From Selaginella moellendorffii (taxonomy: Eukaryota; Plantae; Lycopodiophyta): 64,000 nucleotides of DNA. Below the pieces are notes generated by a model. The model did no database searches. It was not told the DNA's origin and worked only from the letters and a program-made list of their open reading frames with translations. The stretch covers positions 2,863,266 through 2,927,265 of the forward strand of contig NW_003314261.1 of NCBI RefSeq assembly GCF_000143415.4. The letters run 5' to 3'. Numbering within the stretch: the first letter of the stretch is position 1; each line of letters opens with the position of its first letter. Below are positions 38,242 to 49,700 of this stretch, piece after piece. The position numbers were made by a program, and so were the translations under genes.

Positions 38242-38569
38242 ATCAAATCTCTCTGATTCAATAGAAGATAAATGTCGAAGAGTAATATCTTTCTCTGTCT
38301 CCGCAAGTTCATGAGCTCATGTATGGCAACTGTTTAACTTTGTATTGCTGACATTGCTCCAGATTAGAGGTGTGGTGTCATTGTCGAACCAACAAGTTGG
38401 CAAGTCTAGGTTTGTGTTTTTTATTACACTGGCTCGACCAGGTACTAGGAATCGAGATCGTCCGGGGCCGGGCGGACTTATAGCTGATGGTCCTTGACTC
38501 CGCCCCCGCCGGCTATTAAAACCTGGAGAAATTGGCAAACCTTGGAGGAAACCATTGGAGCGTAGCAGA

Positions 38570-39106
38570 AAGCTTTCCACGTCAATAGCTTCAGCAATCT
38601 AAGGTCTCCATTTTGTTAGCCATGAGGAATGCTGCTAAGCTTCCACATATTTCCGGAGTAACTATCACATTGTCGTGTTGGACCACCTTGTTGTCCTTAA
38701 GCATCTTCGGACGCCTTCATCAGCCTACTAAGGAACAGTGACGGCCGAAGGGGGGAGCACCCAGGCCCAGCCGCTGGAAAGCATCGTGGTGAAGATCTCC
38801 AACGTGGAGTCCACGTTCACGGGGTGGTGGTGGGCAGGATCAAGGATGGGTTTCCACACCTCTTGCAGGTCGGGGAGTTTAGCATTGAGACTGGAGGGAT
38901 CGGTCATCCTGTGTAAACAGGTCGATCAGCCAGGGATAATTGGGAAAGCTGGCGGTCTGCTCAGCGTGAACGTGAGCTTCATGAGCGTGGGGATGACATC
39001 GCCCAGGAAGCAGGCAGTGAGGGCAATAGGCGTGGATGAGGAAGGAAGTGCTGCACAGGATCCGGGCCATCCCAACGGTAGGAAGCTTCCTTCTATCACA
39101 GGTTGA
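38570..39106. pseudogene. D-3-phosphoglycerate dehydrogenase fragments
   Basis: Plus strand 38738-39106 encodes ACT-domain LEGSVILCKQVDQPGIIGK..VNVSFMSVG..PRKQAV.AIGVDEE. Minus strand ~38580-38700 encodes KDNKVVQHDNVIVTP and IAEAI. Confidence 0.75.
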
Positions 39107-39271
39107 GAGGCAATCTCTGGAAGATCATTGCTCAAGAGAAGGGAATGACAGCATTGACAAGGTTTGAAAGTAGTTACTGATCATTCTTGTGTGAGAGACC
39201 CGAGGTCTTATGGTCAGAGTGTCACTAGTCGTTTTTGGAGGAGGCGTCGTTGGGACTGTGGGCGAACCAGG
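39091..39271 (+). pseudogene. Second remnant (promoter + exon 1) of the reductase gene
   Basis: TCTATCACAGG.TGA..CAATCTC..GAAGATCAT.GCTCA repeats 36814-36860 and is followed by VVGTVGEP plus a GT donor, as in exon 1 of the 36939 gene. Confidence 0.6.
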
Positions 39272-40478
39272 TATATACTTTTGTGATGGTCACACGACCT
39301 TTTACGATATTTTTTATTTGTGTGATATTCAAGGTCAATATCCCATTCCAATTAGAGCTTGATGTCTTTTTTTCTTGAGTTGAGTTTGTTTTGTATTTCT
39401 CTTTTGTTGAATCTTTTCTGTGATCTTGATGGATGCCATTCGTATAGAAGCAATTTTTTTTTAAATTCAAAAAGAAAAGCTCTTGCCTAACTAAAGAAGA
39501 ATAAGTTTTTTAAATTTTTTACAAAGGATCTCTCTTGAAAAATAAAGTTGTTAATAAAAAATTTGTCAATGAGTTTACTAGTAATGAGAAAATAGTATTT
39601 CTTCTGAATCTAAATAACTTCAAAACTATAAATGGATAGAATTTATTTCAATCGCAAGAAGTTAATATTTAAAGCTTATATTTATTAATTTTATATTTTA
39701 AATTTAAACTAAATTAATTTTATAATAATAAAAACATAAAATGTAAATAGTTGTTAGTTTTTTAGTTGGCTAGCATGAATATAATTTTACAACTTATGTT
39801 TCTAGCTCTTTGTTATCTAGTCAATCTTCTTATTTGAATTAGTATTATTTTAAGGTTTTGTATGTAGTATATATTTAATTAAATTTATAGTTTATTATAT
39901 TAAAAAATAATAATTTTATCTATCTAAAAAATACAATATAAATAAAGCTGAGGACAAAAATTAGATAGTTACATCTATGAGAAAATAATATGATCTTTTA
40001 AAGTAATTTTGATTTATATGTAGTAAAATTTAGTTACAAATTATAAAATTAACACTTCATAAAAGTTGTAAGGAGGACAAACTATTTAACTTTCATAATT
40101 TCACCAAATAATTATTAAGGATATTATCATATAAAATACTAAATAAAATCAAAAGAAACTTCATTGAAAGAAATGAAAAATACCTATCCTAATAAACAAG
40201 TCAGTATAAATTTAAAATGTTTTATTTTGTATTATTTACATGAAAGTACCTCAATTAGTCATTAAGCACTATAAATATTATAAATTAAAAAATTTATATA
40301 TTTTTATAACTATTTATACTTATATTATCAAGAAGATTTCTTATCTAAGAATTTAAATATTTAGTTTGGTCAAAAATATAATAAAATAAAATTTCTCTGA
40401 AAAAAAAAGAATCTTATCAGTTCCTTAAAATTTGTATTATGTATTTTGTGGCTTTTAAATATTAAATTTATTTAAATT

Positions 40479-43400
40479 TGTGAGGGCCAAATGTACAATT
40501 ACGATGCCGTATACTAATATTAGGGCCAAGTGTATGGCCACGATGCCGTATACTAATATTAGCATAATGGGATTTTAATAGCCGTCAGATTAGTTTCAAT
40601 CCAGACCACTCGCTCTTGTATATAAGCTAGGGTTTTTGGGCTAATTGATATGCACATTTTTGTATTCCCTTTCCATATTCCAAGCACTCATATTGGTGGA
40701 GGTGAGGGGCACCTTTGATTGTCCCTGAGGAGTGCTTGAATTTAGGATTTTGGTTTAGATCTAGCTTTTGCATCATTTAGATCTAGCTTTTTTTATTTCC
40801 TTTCTTTTGTTCTTCCCTTTCAGGATTTTGGTTTAGATCTAGCTTTTTGCATTGTCTAGATCTCCCATTTCCTTCTCGTTTTTTGTCGTTTATCTTCTTT
40901 TGCTCTTTCTTCGTCCGTCTTCATGGTAGATCAGCAATCTCCTCCTTTGACTCTAGAGCAGCAGTTGGTCTAATTGCTTGATGCTATGTGCTTGCAATTG
41001 AACAACCAAACTCAATTGATAGCGACATTCACGGCACGTGGTCCAACTCGTCCTGCTCTTGGTGCCAATCCTCGCATTCGGCCGGAGTTCTTTCGTGGGA
41101 ATCCTGGGGATGATGTGTACCATTGGTTCGATCATTTCACGGTGATTGCCACATATCATTCTTGGGATGATGCTCGACATTTGCATGAGTTTCCCACGTG
41201 TCTCCAAGAGACGGTATTGCAGTGGTACAATGGATTGAGTGCGGCCACTCGTGAGGATTAGAGTGTTCTTCCGAACGTCTTCAAACGCGCCTTCGGAGAT
41301 GCCAACGATTGTGATGATGCCTTCCAACAATTGCATCGTCTTCGCCAAGGGCCATCTGAGTCGGTGATGCAATTTGGCATTCGTTTCCGAAGTCTTTTGC
41401 TTCGTGTGGAGCCCAATCTGTCGGAGCAGATCAAGCTAGGAATGTTGTGGCCAGCACTTCGTCAAGATCTTGTCGGCCTTATGCATGCACTTGCTCCTAC
41501 CACCCTTGACAATGCTCTTCGCTTGGCACAACTTTATGAGACGTCACCTCTTCCACTTCTTACTGCATGTCCTTCCGCTCCACTTCCTATGAGTGATGGT
41601 CCTGTTCCAATGAAGGTTGATGCTGCTGCTACTCGAGTCCAAGGACAAGGGCAAGAACGTGGTCGTGGCCGTGATGTTTGTTGCTGGGCATGTGATGAAG
41701 TTGGTCATACTTATCGGCGTTGTCGGTGCTTTCCGGATTGGTGACCTCCATTTCCTGGGTGGAGACCTTGGCGTCAGCAACGTCCCATTGGTGCTGTTGC
41801 GGTGGAAGGTTTGGACACCGAGGTGCATCCGGGAAATGAGGAGTCGCACAAGTAACGGAAGGACCTTGCGCGAATAAGTCAGTGACCCCTCCATCTTTCT
41901 TTCAAGAGTATCATCAAGGGGTTCACTTAGCATCGGTTCATCCAGTGTTTACTTTCAAAGCTCATTTTTATAACAAGAGGTCTCTTATTATTCTCTCCGT
42001 GTTGGTTGATATAGGTTCGAGTTTATCTTCTATTGCTCGACCTATTGCCACACGTTGCCGTTTACACTTGCGTCATGCGGCGGAACCAGTTTTCATTTTT
42101 TATGGCAACGGCCGTACGGATGCCTGTGCATGGGATGAGGTGGACCTGATTGTGCGTATAGGCGATCTCAAGCTTGAGTTGCAGTCATTGCGGGTGGTGC
42201 CGAGTCAAGCTTTTGACCTCATTCTTGGTATGGATTGGTTGCAGTGCAATCATGCCAAGTGTGATTTTGAAGCTTCTCCCCCTTGTCTCATACTTCCTTA
42301 TGTTTCATCCATTCCTCTCACTTCTGTACCTCTTTGTTCATCTACTTCTACCTCTGCTTCCATTACTTTTGTTTCCCCACTATTTCCTCCTATGTTTCCA
42401 TCTTGTTCTGCTCTTCCCTTTTCCGATCCCTCCGACGATCTTTGTGTTGCAGCAGTGGACCGGCTCATGAAAGCGTATTCTGATCTCTTTGAATTTGACC
42501 TATCGTGTGGGGCCAAGATTGCCACATGTCATCCAATTCCAACCGGGGATGCTTGTCCAATCAAGGTTCCTGTTCGTCGTCGGTCACCCAAGGAGATCAA
42601 GATTTTACGTGCAAATGTCAAGGAGATGTTGGAGAAGGGTGTTATTCGGAAGTTGCAGAGTCCTTGGGCATGTGAACCTCATCTTGTGACGAAGCCTAAT
42701 GGGAGTATTCGTTTCTACATCGACTATCGTCCGTTAAACGAAGTGACGATCCCAGATGTGTATCCTCTTCTGCACATGCTGATCTCTTGGATCGTCTGGG
42801 GCAAAGTTGTTGGTTCACCAAGCTAGATCTTGCTTCTGGGTATTGGCAAGTACCGATGGCCGAAGAAGATATTCCTAAGATTGCTTTTTGTACACCATTT
42901 GGTTTGTGGTACTAGCAAGTACCGATAGCCGAAGAAGATATTCCTAAGACTGTTTTTCGTACACCATTTGGTTTGTACGAATTCTTAGTGATGCCGTTTG
43001 GTTTGAACAATGCTCCAGCAACTTTCCAGCGGATGATGGACGAGGTTCTTTGTGATATGCCAGAGGTGACAGCTGACTTCATTGATGATGTCTTGATCCA
43101 CTCGTAGGGGACGTGGGAGGAACACGTTCATGATGTTTGTAAAGTGTTGGATCGGCTACGCGATGTTGATTTAAAGCTGAAGCGGTCGAAGTGCGTGTTT
43201 GGATCCAAGGACACAACTTATCTTGGGTACTGTATTTCTCGTGAGAGTTTGCAAGTTGGTCCTGACAAACTTGTGGCTGTTCTAAAGTTCCCTACTCTAA
43301 AGTGTGTGAATGATGTGCAATGCTTCTTGGGCAAGGTGCAGTATCTCGGGTGTTTTGTGGATCATCTTTCTGATCGCACTACACCATTGTGAGCGTTGCT

Positions 43401-45593
43401 AAAGTCATCAACGTCATCTTTCATCTGGTCTCTGGATTGCGAGCGGGCGTTCGGGGATCTCAAAGAGTTATTGACAACTCCTCCGGTTTTGGCATATCCT
43501 GACTACACTCGACCTTTTATTTTGCGTGTGGATGCTTCTGACATTGGTCTTGGAGGTGTGTTAATGCAAGAGAGCTCAAGTGTGCCTGGTTAGCGCCATC
43601 CCATTGCATATATAAGCCGTACATTACAACCAGTGGAGATGAACTACTCCACGACAGAAAATGAGTGTTTAGCAGCAGTTTGGGGTTTCGAGAAACTTTA
43701 TGCATATCTACATGGTTCTCGGACGTTACTTGAAGGTGACCATGCTGCTGTTACTTTGTTATTAAAGCGGAAGAACCTGGTTGGTCGTACTGCTCAGTGG
43801 CCTTTGAAGCTTCAGATATATGATTTTGATGTTGTTCACCGCCCAGGGAGTTCTATGGCTGATGCTGATGCCCTTTCTCGAGCTCCTCTTCCTTCTTCAC
43901 TCTCTTCTCATATTTCTGATGAGCCTGTCGTTCCAGCATCTGTGGATTTTTTAAACAAGGATTTTGTGTTGTCAGCAGTTGCTATACTTGACGTTCAGTG
44001 TCCACAAGGTGCAGAGCAAGATCTAGCTTCGCTTGATGAGGTTCGCGAGGCTCAAAAGATTGAGCCATGGATTCGAAAGCTTCGAGATGGGTTTGAGAAT
44101 CTTGCATCACTTGTTGATGACTTGTCTTTCTAGCATTTACATTCTCAATATTGGCTTGAAGATGCCCTTCTTTATTTTGTGGGGACAGATCCTGATGATC
44201 ATTTACGGCTGGTGGTGCCTTCTATCTTTATTTTGCGGTTTCTCCATGCCTACCATGATTCTCCTGTTCTAGATGGGCATATGGGACATCGTCGTGTAAT
44301 CGAGAAGCTATGCAGGTTTTTCTATTGGCCAGAGATGCGACGTGATATTATCTGGTATGTGCGTAGCTGCGTTTGGTGCCAAGCTCGTAATACTCCCCCT
44401 CGGGCTGCGGAAGGACGGTTGGAATCAATTGCAGTTTCCTGTCCGTTTGAGTTGGTGGTGTTTGATCTTATGGGACCTTTTCCATGGTCGACTGTTGGTA
44501 ATGAGTATGTTATTATTGCTTCTGACTATTTGATTCGTTGGGTGGAAGTTGGTGCTCTTGCTAGCACCTCTGCAACTGCTGTTGGATACTTCTTCCTCAA
44601 TCGAGTGGTGTTCCAGCATTCTTGTCCTGAGCGGATTCTTTCAGATAATGGTCCCGCATTTATGGCTGAGGCATTTCATGTTTTGACGTCTCGGTTGGGG
44701 ATTCGCCACACTTTCACGAGTGCTTATCATCCACAATCAGATGGTCTGGTGGAACGGCTTGTTTGGACATTCAAGGGGATGATTGCGAAGTATGTGAACT
44801 TTCAGCATTCAGATTGGATAGTTATTTGCTATCTCATCGATATGCATATGTTACAGGGGTGCAGAGTTCTGTTGGTGCTTCACCATATAAACTCCTATAT
44901 GATCATGATCCAATATTACCAACGAAGCTGGGTTTACCTTCGCGATTGCCACGAGCTGCAAATGCTAGGTCACGGGATCAATATTTGACAAGCATTCTTC
45001 CACTTATCCGAGCGGAGTCTGCCGAACACTTAGGCCGCGTACAAGTGGGACAACAACGGCGCTACAACTCCTATCATCGTCCACATGCAGAGTACAATGT
45101 TGATGATTTGATGTTAGTCTGTTTTCCGCATCTTACGGTACATGGTTTATCTAAGGAGCTCCTTGCACAGTGGAAAGGACTATATAAGATGTTATGGCAA
45201 GTTGGACCACAAGTTTATGAGGTTTGGCATGACGTCCAGCAGGCCAATCCTCCAGAGATTGTGCATGTGCAGCGGTTGAAACGCTTCATACACAAGGATC
45301 AGGAGCGGATAATACCATCTACAGATCCGCCGATGCCTCCTCTTGATATTCCTCTAGATCCCAGCCCGTCTACAAGAGAACCCTGATGGTCTTCCATTAT
45401 TCCGAGAGGAGGGGATGATATGAGGGCCAAGTGTACGGCCACGATGCCGTATACTAGTATTAGCATAATAAGATTTTGGTAGCCGTCGGATTGGTTTCAA
45501 TCCGGACCACTCGCTCCTGTATATAAGCTAGGGTTTTTGGGCTAATTGATATGCATATTTTTGTATTCCCTTTCCATATTCCAAGCACTCACA
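40479..45593 (+). mobile_element. Full-length (decayed) Ty3/gypsy LTR retrotransposon
   Basis: LTRs 40479-40692 and 45419-45593, TSD AATT, PBS 40694-40709, PPT GAGAGGAGGGGA (~45404-45415). Domain order gag (CCHC: CWACDEVGHTYRRC), PR (LVDIG), RT (FIDD), RH (DAS, NYSTTE), INT (HHCC, SDNG). No chromodomain seen. Several stops and frameshifts. Confidence 0.96.
40694..40709 (+). other. Primer-binding site complementary to the tRNA-Ala 3' end
   Basis: TGGTGGAGGTGAGGGG directly after the 5' LTR. The sister copy has TGGTGGAGATGAGGGGTA. Plant tRNA-Ala ends ..CCCCGCATCTCCA(CCA). Confidence 0.8.
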
Positions 45594-46753
45594 AATTTAA
45601 ATTACTAAATTTTAAATAAAATTCTCTTACAAAGCAATGCAATAGTTTGAAAGGTAAAGTACAATTTTTAATATAAATTTATTATATATATAATAGAGAT
45701 TTGATTCTTCTCTAAAATATATTATTTTGAAAGATTTGATGTTTACAATTTATGGATCTTAACTCTCACTTTCATTTGAAGAGAGAGAAATACATAAATA
45801 TTTATAATTTTTAGTATTGATAATTTCAACTTTTGTGATATTTTTTATTGAGGTAAGAGTCAAGAGCTATAATCACTATCTCCTTACGTAACACAATTAA
45901 ACCACATAAGAGAAAAAAAAGGATAATAAAGATAATGATAATAAATTGAAGATAAATGTGTAACAAATTGTATTTTTGTAGGAATAATGTTAATTATATC
46001 ACTCATATTTTCAACTCTCCTCCTTTCAAAATTGAAACTAAAATTTTCAAAGTTTTGAGTCTTATCTGAGATGAGTGTAGCAACTTACTATTCTTTAGGT
46101 ACTATATTAAATTTTGTCACTAGTATAGTATCTTTAAGCCTCTTCATATGGTTAGCATTGGTGTTGGAAAAATATAATTAATACCATCTTGAAAGTCTTA
46201 TTTGCTTTAGTGCAAATCAGCAATATATGGTCAATGCATACAGTACAGCATCTTAGAGCATGATCCTGGGACTTAGAGATATCACCCACAGTTCACACCT
46301 TGTGCAGGTTTCTAGTATACAGTATAGAGTACTTAATGCATACACTATAGAGTCTTAGAGCATGTTTCTAGGATTGGCATGTGGTTTTAGTGATGCACAG
46401 CTCTAAATATCACCCATGGTTCGCCCCTGCAGGATTCTAGCATAATGTATACAATACAGTAGGGCATGGTGGTTTTAGTAAGACATCACCTCGCCTGAGT
46501 GAGGATATTGTAGCGGGGCAAATGTTGCCCCTCATGTGCACATTTCTAGGATACCAAGATAAAAGATATCTTAAATCTGCCTGGTCAATATCACAAATCT
46601 CCAGGATTGCAAATATAAGAATAATCAAGCATAGGAAGGAGACCGTCCAGTTTGTGGTCTAAAAGTTTGAAAACACTTGAAACCATAGTCTTCAAACAAA
46701 ACCAATTGTCCTTTAGCAAAACGTATAAGACAAAGAGAATCCTTCGTTAAGCT

Positions 46754-49700
46754 CTAGACGAGCGAAGCCACCGTGGGATGGAGACTTTTCGCGAGTGCCT
46801 CGAAGCTCCTGCCCAGCTGCAATTCATCCAAGCTCACCTGGAACACACCCCCGCCCTCGCGAGCCATGTCCACCAACACCTTCCTCGGCAACAAGTCACT
46901 CCCGAACACAATCGTGTGCACAACCAGCCTCGGCTCCACGCTCTTGATCTTCCTCACGAACGCCACCGGATCACTCCCACCAGCATTCCCACCATCGCTC
47001 AAGAAGATAATCGCCGGAGCCTTCGCATCCCCCGCAGACCTCCCAAGTATCTCCTCCGCGAGCTGGAGCCCCGCCGAGTAGACCGTCCCACCCGAGCTGT
47101 CATGTCCGAGCAGCGCGTAAACCTGCGACTCCGCCATCGCCACCTTCTCCATAGCTATCACCGCCGAGCTCTCAAACAGCACCACCGACATGAAATCGCG
47201 GATCCCCGCTGCCTGCCTCGTCCGGATGAACCTCACCATGGCCTCGTACACGCATCCCAGCCGGCTGGGAGGAAAGCTCGCCATCCTCGGCTTCGCATCC
47301 GGGGAGCCCATGGATCCCGACTTGTCGATCACGAACACGACGTGGTTGGCCGCGTCTCTCAGGTGCTTGCACACGAAGACATGCCCGTCCTCGCTCACGT
47401 AGCCCGCTACTCCGGACATGGAGCTCACTGGCGCGTGCCACAGCTTCTCCGTGCAGTAAGATCTCTGCTCGTTTGCTCCATCGCCGCGGTGCTCGGACGA
47501 CGCACAAGAGTGCGCACACAGCGCAAACAAGCGCTGATCCTCGTCCGAGCACGGGTCCTTGAAGCGCATGTTCTTCCAGTAGGCCGCGTGAGTGAGCTCG
47601 TCTTTCGCGACGTTAAAGTCGGGCCCATACTTCTTCGTCTCGTGCCTGGCACCGTCCGGGATGGAGATCGCCTTGCACACTCCAAAGACGGACTTGTTCC
47701 TCTCGCACACCGCCAGATGAACGTGTCCCCGGCCCCGGGCCTTGCAGTGCATCATGCACATCTCTGCGGCGCCCGACTCCCCCCACGAGTACTTCCGGTC
47801 CAGGATGTCCACCTCCTCGGTCTCGGACGCGAAGAACTTGTCCGTCATGTTCCCGTGCGTGGTGTCGTGCAGCCCGCGGTGTCCGATGGCCAGGTTGCAA
47901 AAGTAGCCGCAGCCTTGGCAGCGAACCGGGCAGAAGTGGATGGCGCTCGGGTTCGTCGTGTGGACGTGAGGCCCAGAATGGGTATTGTTGAAAGCTGGAA
48001 CCGGCACGCAGCATCCTTTTCTCACGCCGTTTTGCTCCGAGACGTGCTCGTACTCAAACTGCGACCGCTTCCCCACGAACGTCTTCGTCTTCTTCACCAC
48101 CTCCGTCACCACGTCGCAAATCCCCGGGGACTGGCACGCCTCCTGGCACGGGTGCTCGCTCTCGCAGAAGTGCTGGATACCGCTCTTCATCGAGTGGAAG
48201 TGGTCGGCGGTGGCACACTTGCGGTGACACGCCGGCATGCAGCACGGTGTCGGGCACATCTTCTCGTGGCATGCGTGGAGCTTGTGATCGAGCTCGCTCG
48301 GTGAGACGCAGATGTTGTCGCAGCCCGGGAGCTGGCACTTCTCCTTGCACATATGCTGCCTCGAGTTGCACTTGTGCTCGCCCGGGTGGCCGACTTTCCT
48401 GGAGCACACCTTGTTGCAGTTGCTCGACGCGCCGAGGAGCTCGCACTCGTGGCCGCAGGTGTGGCTCTTGAGCTTGCAGTCGTGGGAGCCTTCGTGACCT
48501 GCAACGTCCGCACAGTGGCTCGCGGAGCTCGTTCCCTCCTCCACGCAGTACGTGCAAAACTCCGAGCAGCGGTGGTTCCCGTTGCAGCTGTGCGAGCTCT
48601 TGTGAGACTTTTCCAACGAGCACCGGAGGAAGCAGCGGGTACACTTGCAGCTGCACAGAGCCAAGCTCTCCTTCATGCCAGAGATCATCGCTGCCGCCTC
48701 GAGCACCAGCTTCTGGACGTCGCCTTCGGTGGCAAACGCAGCAGTGTTGGAGCCGATCCACTTTGTGACACGGTCCTTGCGCCTCTCGACGAGCTCCACG
48801 AGGAAAATCTCTGCTTTCCTGTGCCATTCTTCATCACCTCTACCAGTCCGCGGCATCACTTTCTCAAACTCGCCCAGCAGCTGCTCCAGCACCGCTCTGG
48901 ATAAATCCAAGTCACCATAGCAGCCGAGACGAAGGCCGGCATCCTCAACACTGAAAGCGAGACCCTCAATACCGAGAGCTGCATCGTCGATCTGTTCTTC
49001 GGTGTCGAAGTTGACGAGAGGCTTGCCATCTTCCATACACCCCTGGACGACGGCTGAGCGCAAGTTCTTGGCAAGCATGGTGAGCTTGAAGGCGATCCTC
49101 TTGGAATCAATCGGCGACCAGTCCTTTGAGCTGATTTGAGCGATTATGAGCTTGAGGTCCCGCAGAAAACTCTTCCCATTCGTGTGAACCGGCTCCAACT
49201 CCTCCACGCAGTGAGCAATCTGGGAGATGCTTTCGTAGAACTCGCAACGGTTGAAAGGTGGCATAGCGCATATCTCCACTTCCCCACCATACATTCTCGT
49301 CAGGAAATTCTCCTCCGACTTGCTGCAAATATGCGCTATCTTGGAGTAAAACTCGTGCCTCAGGTCCTCGACGTCTGCTGCGTCCACGTCCTTGATAGCC
49401 ATGTAGAACAGACCCTTGAAGAGCTTCTCGTCTTGCTTAACCAAGCTCACTCCTGCCTGGAACCGATCGAACAGAGCCTCGGTTTCCTTATCAAGGTGGA
49501 AGTCCTGCACGTCAGCATATCAGAAAGCTCGAAACAATGAAAGTCTCACTACAAAACTCACTTTTTTGTTGAAAACCGTGATGTTGCTGACTGCAGCATT
49601 AAGAATCGAGAGTAGCATGTCCTCTTGCTCGCTCCTCTCAAAACTTCCAAGTCCCTCGAAGTCGAGAATGACATATAAGCAATCCTCCGCCGTGCAAGTA

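Noticed and set aside
46240-46630. Short degenerate direct repeats ending in CTAG (Helitron 3' end?)
   Set aside because: No clear subterminal hairpin or matching 5' TC end.
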